From the NCBI GenBank assembly GCA_964016885.1, contig OZ024764.1, forward strand, positions 21,142,001-21,206,000: 64,000 bases of DNA. The letters are read 5' to 3'. The DNA is from Eledone cirrhosa. Taxonomy: Eukaryota. Of the stretch, positions 51,201 to 64,000 are shown in pieces (the first letter of the stretch is position 1; every line of letters starts with the position of its first letter). The notes beneath the pieces were generated by a model that searched no databases, was not told where the DNA came from, and saw nothing but the letters and a program-made list of their open reading frames with translations. The position numbers and the translations under genes are program-made.

Positions 51201-51826
51201 TATGATAAGGAGGAGGATATTGATAGTTCTGACATAGAAGATATCTGGAAGTTTCTTTCAGACAGCCTGTTGTGAACCACTGATGAGATCTGTAGTTGAT
51301 GTAAGCTGCCAGCCAGATGAATGTTGCCTTGGTGATGGAATAGTACAGTAGATAGAAGTTGAAATCTAAAAGACCTGAAGACACAGGAGAGGAACAACAA
51401 TATCAAATAGTTAAAATGGAAGCTAGATATTAGGCTTACAAGTTATTGATTTCTGTTGTTATTGTTAAAATCTGTTTAATCTGTGATATTTGAGACAATG
51501 TACAGGACAATAGAATTAATATCAATGTCTGACTAGCAACAACAAAAGTTTTCATTTTATTGGCAGGTTTAAATTACAGAAGTTCCTAACATTTACTAAA
51601 AATACAAATATATATCTTACCTGTTAAAGTATAATAAATCAAAGTTTAATGTGAAAAACTTTAATTTACACCAAATCTTCAAACACTGCTTCAAAAATGG
51701 AAACCTGGTTTTATGATCCCTGTCCTAGGTAAAACCTACAAGGTTGACCCCAGTTTTAGCAAGGATGATGGATCTACACATTTGTTGTTGTTGTAGTATT
51801 ATGTAATGAGTTTGATATTGATACAG

Positions 51827-52846
<1,020 letters not shown>

Positions 52847-53792
52847 TCAATGACCTCAGTTTCTCACACAATTCACAGTTTTAATATTTTTCTCCTCTTA
52901 ATATATGGATATTTTTCTTCTTTATGTTTATAATATTATTCCTAAAATATATTCCTCCAGATATATTTCTATCAACTTTGGTCTTTCTTTATATTTAAAG
53001 ATGATACAAACTGTTTTGTAGATCTCTTCAAGTTTAATATACATATAAAATCATCTTGTACATATTCCAGACAGTGAAGAATCTAATTTGTCTGGTTTTT
53101 ATTTGATTATTTATTCCTGTAAAAATGGAAATATTTCTACTCCTGTAGTTCCATCAACTATCAACTTTGTCAATATATGAAGATCTTACAAAATCATTTG
53201 TGAATTTCTTCAGCTTTATTTTGTATCTTCTACATATTCCAGACAGCAAAGAATAGAAGTGTTATTGAGTTTACAAGAAATATTTCACAGTATTTCTCCC
53301 ATAGATTTATATAAACAAGGTTGTATCTGTTCTGTATAACAGCTTCCTTTAGTCTTTAAATAATGGTGTTGATGAAACAACTGATATAAAAGTGTTTTAT
53401 CCTTTTCAAACCAGTCTTTATATTTATCTAAAAACTTTCCATTGTAACTTCATGAAATTGTGCAAAGTTATGTTCCAAATAGCAGCTTAATACTGAGAAA
53501 TTTAGTTATATTACTAAATCCCTTCAAAGTGTTGAGTGTTTTCAAAATTATTTGAAAATGATGGGTAGTGTCTTTCATTAGAAATGGTTAATGTTGAGGA
53601 TATGTCTGATGTAATGTACTCTTTAATGCCAATGTCCTCTGGTATTCTGAAATAATAAAAGAACATTATAAGATACTCAGAAACTTGTAATACATCAGTA
53701 CAAATTTTATATAATATTTCTATATTAATAAATGGACTGTAATAAATACTAAGGCCTTCTTTGGTGAAGAATGTGCTGACTAACATAGGTTA

Positions 53793-53970
53793 GTTATTAG
53801 TGGCAGTAGATTAAACTGACTGATAAAAGTAGTTATTAGTGACATTAGATTAAACTGACTGATAAAAGTAGTTATTAGTGACATTATATTAAACTGACTG
53901 ATAAAAGTAGTTATTAGTGACATTAGATTAAACTGACTGATAAAAGTAGTTATTAGTGACATCAGATTAA
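53793..53970 (+). repeat. 39-bp minisatellite, ~4.5 units (also 22074-22180 and 36843-36945)
   Basis: Direct repeats. Confidence 0.9.
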
Positions 53971-54174
53971 CCCTTTAGTATTCACATTACTCTATATTTA
54001 CTATTATATTTTCACAGTAAATGCTTAATCTCTCATAATATCAAATCTATGAGATTTTGATGTTACTTAATTTGAGAACAATACCGTAACATAAGTATAA
54101 GTGACCAGTTACGGCCAGTTTGAACAGAAAGATGTGGGAGAATTCTGGCCAGATATGGCCAGTTTATATACTAA

Positions 54175-56620
54175 AGGGTTAAAGAAATTAGGTGTAGAAG
54201 AATGGCTTGTGAGAAGCTGTCAGTAAAGTGTGTTTAGTGAGGAATTGAAGGTACAGGTAGGAGTTCATCATGGTTTAGTTCTTAGCCCACTGTTGTTCAT
54301 CATAGTTCTCCAAGCCATAACAGAGAGGTTTAAGACTGGCTGTCTATGGAAACTTCTCTATGTAGATGACCAACTATAGATATAGAATTTGAAATGGTAA
54401 GTTCTGAGAATATACTTAGCCAAAACTAAAGTGCTAATGGATAGGAGAGAAGACCCTGACACCTTCATGAAAGCGGCCCTGCTCCATATGTAGAAAAGGA
54501 ATAAGTAGAGATAACCACAATGACAGAGACCTAGTTATAATAGCAGGGGACTTCAATGGTCATGTTGGACAGCTCCAGGATGGATATACTGGGGTACATG
54601 GTGGTCATGGTTATGGCTCAAGAAATGAAGAAGGAGTGAGGCTTCTTGTATTTTGTGATGCAAGTGAACTAACCATTTGCAACACTTCAAGAAACCTACC
54701 AACCACCTAATAACCTACCAATCAGGTGAGCACATGAGACAGATTGACTTCTTCCTAGTTAGGCAGCAAGAGAGACAGATGGTGTCAAATACTAAAGCAT
54801 ACCCCAGGGAACAATGTAACCCCCCAACATAGGTTAGTCGTTAGTGACATCTCAGTAAGCAGGTTACTGAAGAAACTTGTGGCTGGAGCAGAGCTCCAAC
54901 CAGACAGAGGGTGACCTGGTGGTGGAACAGCACGGTAGATAGAGCCATTAGAGACAAAAGACTTGGAAAAATGGTAGGGGTAGAGACCGATACACAGCCA
55001 CTAAGAGAGAAGCTAGATGTCAGGTCTACTTAACATGCATGGAGGCTGAGAGGAGAAGGTTTGCCAATGTCCTGCGATGGGGAGATCAGAGATGTGCAGT
55101 GTTCCGCATTGCAAGGCAGTGTGTCAGTGTAAATCAGGATGTTGGTGCACTTAGTGTCACTGATTCTCAAAAAAAAGGAGGCCTGGAAATGTCATTATGA
55201 GAGACTGATAAATGTGGAGAATGACAGGGAGAGAAACTACCCTCAGTAGACCCGACAGAGGGACCAGCTATTGAGATTGACGACTATAGGGTCCAAGAGG
55301 CAATTAAGGAAATGAAAAATGGTAGGTCCGCTGGACTGTTGGGGATAGTTGCTGAGATGCAAAAGGCATCAGGAGAAGTAGGAATTAAACTGGTTGCATG
55401 CATCATTAATCAAGCTATATATGGTGGTGTCATACCCAAAGACTGGTGCAGCAGTATTCTCATAAATTGAGGTAAAGGTAAAGGGGATGTTCTGGAGAGG
55501 AGTAATTATAGGGGTATAAAACTGATGGATCAGGTTATGAAAGTGACAGAAAGAATACTAGCGCAACTTAGAGAAAGGGTCAAACAGATGCCCTCTTCTT
55601 AGTGAGATAACTACAAGAGAGGTTCTTAGAGAAGAATAAACCACTATACTTAGCTTTTGTTGGCCTAGAGAAGGCCTTTGATAGAGTACCCCAATCTGTC
55701 ATCTGGTGGTCCCTAAGGAAACTAGGTGTAGAGGAATGGCTTGTGAGGACAGTGCAAGCTATGTACAGAGGTACTGTCAGTAAAGTGAGGGTAGGCATGG
55801 AGTTTAGTGAGGAATTCCAGAATACAAGTAGGAGTACATCAGGTTTCGGTCCTCAGCCCGCTCTTGTTCATTATAGTCCTCCAAGTCATAACAGAAGAGT
55901 TTAAGACTGGCTGCCCATGGGAACTTCTCTATGCTGACGATCTGGTTCTTATAGCAGAATCAGTAGAGGAGCTAGAGAATAAATTCTGGCTATTGCCACA
56001 GCAGTTGGAATCAAGAGGACTGAGAGTGAACCTAACTAAGACAAAAGTGTTGATGAGTAGAAAAGAGGACAAAACTGTCATTCCATCAGGTAAATGGCCT
56101 TGTTCGATATGTAGAAAAGGAACTGGCATAAATTCTATAATATACACAATGCAGATTTTGGGTACACAAGAAATGTAGTGGGATAGCAGGCAAACTAACA
56201 GGTAGGGAAAATTACATATGCAGTAGATGTACAGGGAAATTTGACAGTAGAAGTTGCAGTGATAGACACATGTTTCAAATGCAGGTAGGATCTACAGAGG
56301 TAGTTGATAGCTTCTGATACCTAGGTGATCAGATTAGCACAAGAGGGGAGGGTGCTGTGAGACCATAGTATCTAGAATAAGAAACAGGTTGGAAGACGTT
56401 TAGGGAGCTGCTTCCTCTGTTGACAAAAAGTGTTTCTCCCTAAGAACGAATGGCTGTTGATGTCTACGTGAGATGTGTGATGCTGCATGGTAGTGAGACA
56501 TGGACAGCAACTGTGGAGGATATGCAACGACTGGAGAGAAATGAAGCAAGTATGCTCCGTTGGATGTGCAATGTCAATGTGCATCAACGACCAAGCATAG
56601 ATGAGTTGAGAGAGAATGCA
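54175..56620 (+). mobile_element. Decayed RTE LINE fragments (duplicate of 5805-8180, retaining the RT core)
   Basis: ORF 55807-56178: VGVHQVSVLSPLLFIIVLQVITEEFKTGCPWELLYADDLVLIAES. Confidence 0.88.
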
Positions 56621-57304
56621 CAACATGGCCATACCAGTGCATGTGTCTCCTGTGAAACACATCCTTGAGGTTGTCGATCAGCAGTTTTTTTAAGAGCTCA
56701 GTTGAGCTGACATCATCCTCAATGGTCACACTACACATCCAGTGGATCATAGCTTTGTCATTTCTTCAGAGTCAATTCAGACAGTCAGATAACATGGCCC
56801 AGGTCTCGCTGGCATGAAACAACACACTTCTCCCACAGGTGTTATAAATCTGCCCCATGGTGTCTAATGGTAGCCAGCATGTCTTGAGGATTAGGAGAAG
56901 CTGCCTAAACTTGTTACCTGTGGAGTGGCACAGCACAATGGCAGTGAACTTGGCTCCACTTCCAGCTGACATGTCACACAGGTAGCAGAAAGATGTCACC
57001 ACTTCCAGCTTGTCCTCACCAACAGGTCTCTAGTTATAAAGGTTATCATTGACCAACACTGACACCCCTCAGGGTAGACTGAACCAACACTTACACCCCC
57101 CAGGGTGGACTGAACCAACACTAACACCCCTCATGGTGGATTGAACCAACATTTACCACAGGTCTATAAATAACTGTATTACCCTATCATGATACTATAA
57201 TATTATAAACCTAAAACTCTGTGATTGTGTCTTGTCTGTAATGTAATACAGCTAAAACGGGGCATAATGGGAAAATAGTTTGAAAGGAAGTTGACCCCGA
57301 AATG

Positions 57305-58637
57305 TGAAAGCTGTACCAGCCATGTATAGGGGAGCAGTCAGCAGAGTTAGCATTAGCAATGACTAGAGAGAGGAATTTAGCATACGGGTCAGTGTCCACC
57401 AGGGCTCTGTTCTTAGCCCTCTCCTGTTCATCAGTTCTGCAGGCAATAACGGAGGAGTTTAAGACCGGATGCCCATGGGAACTCCTGTATGCAGATGACC
57501 TCACACTTATAGCTGACTCTATGGTAGAACTAGAGAAGAAATTCCAAATTTGGAAGCAGGGACTAGAAAGAAAGGGTCTCAAAGTCAACCTGACAAAGAC
57601 TAAGGTCTTTGTAAGTAGACGAGAAAGCAGAACCCAGATCCCCTCAGGGAAATGGCCTTGCTTAGTATGTGGGAAAGGTGTAGGTAGGAACTCCGTCCTC
57701 TGCCCCAAATACAAACAATGGGTACACAAGAGATGTAGCGGGATCTCAGGAAGCTTAATTAAGAATGTAGCATGCTTCACATGTAGCAGTTGTGCTGGGA
57801 CAGCAAGCAGCAAACAGCCACAGGAAATAAGTACCACCAATCTCTGGGAGGGCTCTGTAGAAACAGTAGACAGCTTCTGTTACCTAGGTGACCGAATTAG
57901 GAGCGGTGGTGGGTGTTCGGAAAGTACAATGACTAGGGTAAGAACGGGATGGAAGAAGTTCATGACTGTATGATGCGTGCATACAAACAGCAATGTTGCA
58001 TGGTAGTGAGACCTGGGTGCTGAAGGTGGAAGACTTACGTAGATTAGAAAGAAATGAAGCCTGCATGCTCTGTTGGATGTGTAATAGTAATATACGTGAA
58101 CGGCAAAGCAGAAACGAATTAAGAGAGAGGCTGAGCATAAGAGGAATCAAATGCTGTGTGCAGGAGAGGCGGTTGCGTTGGTATGGACATGTGATGCGTA
58201 TGAAGGATGACAGCTGCATAAAAAGGTGCAGAGCACTAGAAGTCGATGGAAGCCGTGGAGAGACCCAAGAAGACCTGGGATGAGGTGATAAAAGCCGACC
58301 TTACCCAATTACACCTCTCTAAGGCGATGACACACGACCGTGACCTCTGGCGTCATGCAGTAATACAGAAGACCCGACCACCCCACGGGTACAAGCTGAA
58401 GCATATAGACAATATGCCCCCACGCCCTCGTGGAGGTACCACGGTAAAAAAGCACCCAGCCCACATTGTAAATGAGGTTGGTGTTAGGAAGGGCATCCAG
58501 CTGTAGAAATCAAGCCAGAATCAGTTCCCTTATGAGCAAGACAAAATCAGCTGACCGGACACTGCCCAAAACAGGACAACCTGTCCGACCCATGCTAGCA
58601 TGGAAGAAGGGACGTAAAACGGTGATGATGATGATGA
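57305..58637 (+). mobile_element. 5'-truncated RTE LINE with RT core and (ATG)n tail
   Basis: ELLYADDLTLIADS, VNLTKTKV, WPCLVCGKGVGRNS, MLHGSETW, LRWYGHVMRM; 3' UTR as at 9530-9840. Confidence 0.9.
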
Positions 58638-58762
58638 TATATATATATAGAGAGAGAGAGCTGGTGGTGTTGTTGAACGAAATTATTACTTGTGTGTGTG
58701 TGCGTGTGTATGAGTGTGTCTGTGACTAGGGTATTAAGGCCACAGACACACACACACATATA

Positions 58763-59611
58763 CAGGGTGCGGACGATATTTGTTAGCAAGATTACTGTCT
58801 AGGAAAAAATAAGACTAGTTTTATTTTTTAAGATATATTTATCAAACTTGTGTCAGTTTGTCTTCATGACTTGTTCTTTCGATCTCACTCCATAAACCCG
58901 CCATTGGCTTTGATGACGGCCTCGGAACCAGCTACAGGCCTTCGTCACTGTCCCCCGACTTAGGCCCCTAAAGGCACTTGTGATCCTGGCCTTCAGATCG
59001 CCTTTCGTATTGCAGCTACATCTGTTGGTGTCTCGTTCCACTGCGCCCCACACAAAGAAGTCGAGGTGGTTGCAGTCAGGCGAGCTGGGAGGCCAGATGT
59101 CAGGTGAAGTGTGGTCGACGAAGTTCTCTGACAGCCAGGCTTGGGTCTTGCTGCCACACGTACAGCCTACCTGCAGCTACCTGGTCGATCCAGGGCTTTA
59201 CTACCTCGCTCAGAACGTGGATGTAGACATCGGTGTTCAGCTTGAGGTCCTCAGGGAAGAAGTGAGGTGGCTTGACGTCACCTTGACTGCTGATGACACC
59301 AAAGACCAATGTTGTCGCTGGAAACTTTGTCTGCATGACTCTGGGCAGGTCTTTGGATGAGACAGCGAGCCACCTGTTGTTCTGGGAGTTGATCTTCTGG
59401 TCCTTATTTGTCCTCCAGGCGCGGATTCCAAGAGGAACTCTGTCTCTTCCACAAATTTGGAGGTTCTAAATTATTCATAATCAATTATTCGGAAAATAAA
59501 TAATGGAAATATAGTCACTGTTTTTATGAAGACAAGAGTGACAACGGAAGTAAAAAAAATTTGCATAAAATTAGCAGTTGAAAATTGCGAACAAATATTG
59601 TACACACCCTG
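58763..59611 (-). mobile_element. Internally deleted Tc1/mariner-superfamily element (maT/DD37D-like)
   Basis: TA|cagggtgcggacgatatttgtt ... aacaaatattgtacacaccctg|TA. Protein remnants TKFPATTLVFGVISS..PPHFF..VVKPWI..WQQD and WPPSSPDCNHLDFFVWGAVE. Confidence 0.85.
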
Positions 59612-61080
59612 TATATACACACACACGCATATATATAATTATATATATATGGGCCTTATAATTTCATTTTACATTATATACATGTCTGTGTATATTTTAA
59701 TTATTTAAAAATTATTTTTAAAGGGAACGTGACCCAACAGGTCACAGGTGTTCTAGTAAGATTATAAATACAAACACACAAAAAGATAGAATCTACTCAA
59801 ACCTTAATATCTCAGACCCCAGTAGATTACTGGAACTTTAATTTATCCACACCGTTAGATTGAAAGACAAAGTTAACTTTGGTGGTATTTGAACTCATAA
59901 GATAAAGGGTTGAAATCCCGCCGAGGTTAGCTTTGCCCTTCATCTTTACGGGGTTGATTTAAGATCTAATAATAGTTTCTGATTTAGACACAAGGTCGAC
60001 AATGTTTGGGGGGAATAAGTTGATTAAATCAAACACAGTTACTGTGAGATTACTTCTTTGATAGTTTGTTTAAAAATAACTGATTCACAATTTACGTATG
60101 AAAAGTTGACAAAGATTTACAAGTGGTGTTATCAATAAATAGGGCCTTCAAAGTAGCAGGAAACGACTAGATTTGTAGATAAAGAAGTGGGAGACAGGAT
60201 TATGAGAGTTTAAAAGAGCTACACACTTCTCCAGTTGGCTGGGAAATAATTATCTTCCCTTAATTTTATTTCTCGACCTCTTAGATGTTTGCAATCGACT
60301 TTTCTTCCTGAAAACGGAAACCCTAACCCTAATACTGGGGAATAAATCGTCTCCTGCAAGTATCTAAGGGGTTCAGAGAAAATACTCGTGAGGGTACCTG
60401 GTTATTTCAGCACCTTAGCCTCACCTGACCGAGGTATCAGGTGCTACCCGTGAGAGTACCTGGTTATTTCAGCACCTTAGCCTCACCTTACCGAGGTGTC
60501 AGGTGATACCCGTGAGATTACCTGGTTATTTCAACACCTTAGTAATGCTGCCAGTGTGTTGGCTTGCCTCAAAGTGTGTAGTTAACCCCTAAGGTGTGAG
60601 GTGTGGCCTATTATCACACTTGGTGGTCAATTGCCATCTCCCACTGTGTTTTTCTTTCCTTTATCATTATCATTCAATAAATTATATTATTATACACAGT
60701 TTAGACAATATATTTGTAATGTCTTTCTCAAGGAATTGCCAGCAATTTATAATGTTATTTACACACTTATGTTATTTATGTATATATTTAAAACATATTT
60801 ACAACGTTATTCTACTGTAAATTTATACAATTGTAATAAAATATATTAATTATATCATCACATAATATAAAAACGACCTTTAGAATATTTAAATATTTAG
60901 TTTTGTTAATTTATTTTTCAGCAACAACAAAAGTTTTCACTTTAATTAATTAGAGGTAGGTAAAATATAGATAATTACGATAACATTTTATATTTCCAGT
61001 AATGAAACACACAAGAAAATATATATTTGTGATGTGAAAAGTGAGCTTAAATCTAGAATATTAATACACATAATACTTAC

Positions 61081-61200
61081 ATTATAGTCTCAGGTGTTTA
61101 GTATTTACAGAAATGTTGTCTAAATGTTGTTGTAGGAAGACTGACACGTGGACAGGAAGTCGACCACTGCGCATGCTTCAATGTTTTTTTGTGACGTAAA
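61081..61200 (-). promoter_or_regulatory. Putative exon 1/promoter of ZNF copy 4
   Basis: Donor at 61080; CACGTG, CAGGAAGT, ACTGCGCATGC (61166) and GTGACGTA. Confidence 0.55.
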
Positions 61201-63323
61201 ATATTTTTACCGAATTAATTTATGTAAAGTTTGTAATAAAAAAATGAAAGTTGAAATCACTAAATGTAATTAAAATAGAGAAAGTAAGGTCTTGGTGACG
61301 AAGAATGGACGGTAGACGTTTCACCTCAGTCTAGGTAGTGTATTTTACCTGTGTCACTCGGACAATATCCAGCGATGACCACTACACCAACCACTCCCTC
61401 CTCAGGTGGTGTCCACTTTCGTGAGTCTGTAGAATAACAGGGCAGTTGGAAGACAGAGGAGAGCAGAGGAGGTCTTGACTTGAAAAGAGTATCACTTGAT
61501 ACTTCGATATAACCTGTTGGTAGAAATAGTAGGGTGCTGGATCAATCGAGTACCCTGTAAGATCGGGTCATATGGAGGCTAAGTTGCCTGAAAAGCTAAG
61601 TACCCTGACAGAGATCACCTGGTATAACTTTTATTTCGTTCGTCTGCAGAAGCAGTGACCCTCACTTTTACTACAGCATGTAGGATGTGGGAGGGAGACG
61701 AAAACATCACTAACTGGGGTCTTACAAATATGACAGTTAGTTTTGAAAATACATATACAAGATACAAGATAAATGACTAGACTGAAATATATTTGATAGG
61801 GAATAAAGAGTAGAATATTCTAGTCTGTGGTGTTGGAGAAGTTTGGAGGAGATAGGTCCCTGACAACGAGGTTCTTGTTATCGTTGGCATCTCTCCTTAC
61901 CGAGGTGTCAGGTGATACATATGAGGGTGTTTGGTAGTTCCAACATATTAGCCTTGCTATCACTCGAGGTAAGACTGTCTCAGAAAGTATTAGAGGGAGA
62001 CTCCGGCACCCCATGTGATGTGAGACTGATTGACTTAATATTTTCATTTGTTGTGATTCTATGTGAAATATATCTCTATGTAAGTAACTTGGTTACGTGA
62101 ATCATTGTGAATCTCGTAAATACTTAAACAGAAATCTACTTAGGACACAAAATAAAGCAGATTCCATTGAACAAAGTATCTAAAGAACGTATATCAAAAA
62201 GAAGAGGGGATGTAACGAGAGTTATCTCCCCTTACATATGTAATACAGTAGTGTATGTTTGTGTGTTTCTCTCTCTCTCTCTCTTTATATATATATATTT
62301 TATGATCGACTTTTCGTCAAAGCGGACCGAGGAAACAATGTTTCCATTGGTCTTTCCAATTGCTAATACTATCTATCGGTCGCAACTCCAGGTAGAAAGA
62401 GCAACGTGAAATAAAATGTCCTGCTCAAGGACATAACGCATCGCCCGGTCTGGGTATCGAACTCACAACCTCACAATTCCGAATCCAATTCCCTAACCAC
62501 TCAGCCACACGCCTTCATATATATATATGAAAAAGATCTCGTTTTTTTACAAAAACAATATGAAATAATAGAAGGTGGAGAAGTTAAAACAGCTCAACAT
62601 ACAGTAATTTATTATAATAAACACTACAAAAGACTGTCTCATACTTCTTTGAAAGATGTTTTCAAACAAACACGTGTACAAAATCCTATTGTGTTAAAAG
62701 TAATAATTACGTATGAAACAAATTATTCACTAAAGTAATTAGCAAATACGTTTTATATATGGTGTCTAACAAGGGGACCACTCGCCTCACTCCTATTGGT
62801 GTTGACAGTTGACAACATGGTCTAGTCACCCCTGTCTGGTACCTAGATGACACAACCCTGGGTGGCCCGGCTGTGACAGGTTAAGGCCTCTCTATACCCC
62901 AGTATATTACAGTCCAACATAACTGGGATGACATCAATTGTAGGTCTCTTCACACCGGTCACCATCGAGACCTCAGAAGTACTTGGACCCCATACTGCCA
63001 AGCTCCTCTCTAAAATCAGAACGTTGGTGGCTCTTCTGAAGAGGGAGTCCCATGAGGTTGGGGTGGCTGTTGCAGTTGGTGTCACTGTCCATCGCCCGGG
63101 GCGAATACTTTTGCAGTCTTATCCACAGGGTACAGCACTTCTGCCCCTTGACCTAGACCCAAAGCTCAATTATTTGCTTGTTGCTGTGAGGACTTTCGTA
63201 TTTAGTTCTTTTATGACCCCTCTTTGAAATGTAGTCTTTGTCTCATGTGGTGACCTCCTGGTAGTTAATGTAGCAGAACACACTTAAGGACATGCTGCCC
63301 TCCCTAGTGTTGGTAACCTACAT

Positions 63324-64000
63324 CAGACATGTAAACATGCGACCCTTTGCAAGCAAACCTGCGGCCCACACAAAGGTTTTTACAGTGCGAGCATGTTTCA
63401 TTTTCGTAATATAAAATTTAAAACATTTTCGATACAATTATTTTTTTTGTGCAATTTTTGTCAACTACTTTTAACTTCCATTAATCACGTGCAGTTCCTT
63501 AACAGAAAACTTTCTTTCAAAATTTCAAATGATTTTGTTTTTGAAATGGTTAGTTCTCCTCCAGCTAAGAGAAAAAGGAAATTGAACGAAGAAGGGCAAG
63601 TGTTTCAAGAAAAGTGGGAATTACAGTATTTTTGCCCAACGGTGAACAGAAAGATACACTGTTTAATTTGCAACAACTACATCGCCACGCCAAAAGAGTA
63701 CAATTTAAAAAGACATTATGAAACAAACCCTCGATCTTACAATAAATATGAAGGCCCAATGTGTGTTTCAGACCTTTTTTTATGTTAACTCAGGAAGAGA
63801 ATGTCACTTCCGTTACTGCAAGCTATGAACTCAGTCGAATGATTGCCATGAGTGGGAAATCTTACAGTGAAGGAGATTTTGTAAAGTAATGTCTTGTAAA
63901 AACAGCTGAAATTGTCCAGAGAAAGCAGAGTTATTCAAAGACATTTCATTAACCAGGAACACTGTTGCTCAACAGATTAATGAAATGTCAGGTGATCTGA
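63324..64000 (+). mobile_element. 5' part of the hAT transposon (third segmental copy), truncated by the window edge
   Basis: ACCTACAT at 63316-63323 then cagacatg; ORF 63393-63788 matches 13984-14397. Confidence 0.88.

Larger units (their letters stand above)
57200..59756 (+). mobile_element. Helitron-like element (duplicate of 8725-10024) with nested RTE and mariner insertions
   Basis: Same 5' part and same 3' end gtgacccaacaggtcacaggtgttCTAG|T. Confidence 0.6.

Overview
Eukaryotic, AT-rich, repeat-dense DNA, most consistent with a coleoid cephalopod (Octopus-like); this is inferred from the finger-only C2H2 genes and the SINE/RTE repertoire, not proven. The window is a tandem segmental-duplication array of about four 15-17 kb units. 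Each unit has one minus-strand C2H2 zinc-finger gene with a single coding exon: 8, 10 and 16 fingers, plus an 11-finger copy disrupted by a ~60-bp retrotransposon tail. All four share a probable non-coding first exon and motif-rich promoter 5-7.5 kb upstream. The units also carry duplicated decayed transposons (hAT, Tigger, maT-like mariner, RTE, CRE and Tx1/L1 LINEs, SINEs, non-autonomous Helitrons, a foldback MITE) and several minisatellites (39, 48, 62 and 82 bp). Spacers fall into two structural types in the order A,A,B,B,A, with discordant markers suggesting recombination or gene conversion. The most notable signals are the minisatellite-like finger shuffling between fixed terminal fingers, the in-frame retro-insertion knockout, a relic second ZNF-type exon in every unit, and a long inverted-repeat element beside each promoter. 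Repeat coordinates are approximate; all comparisons were made by eye.
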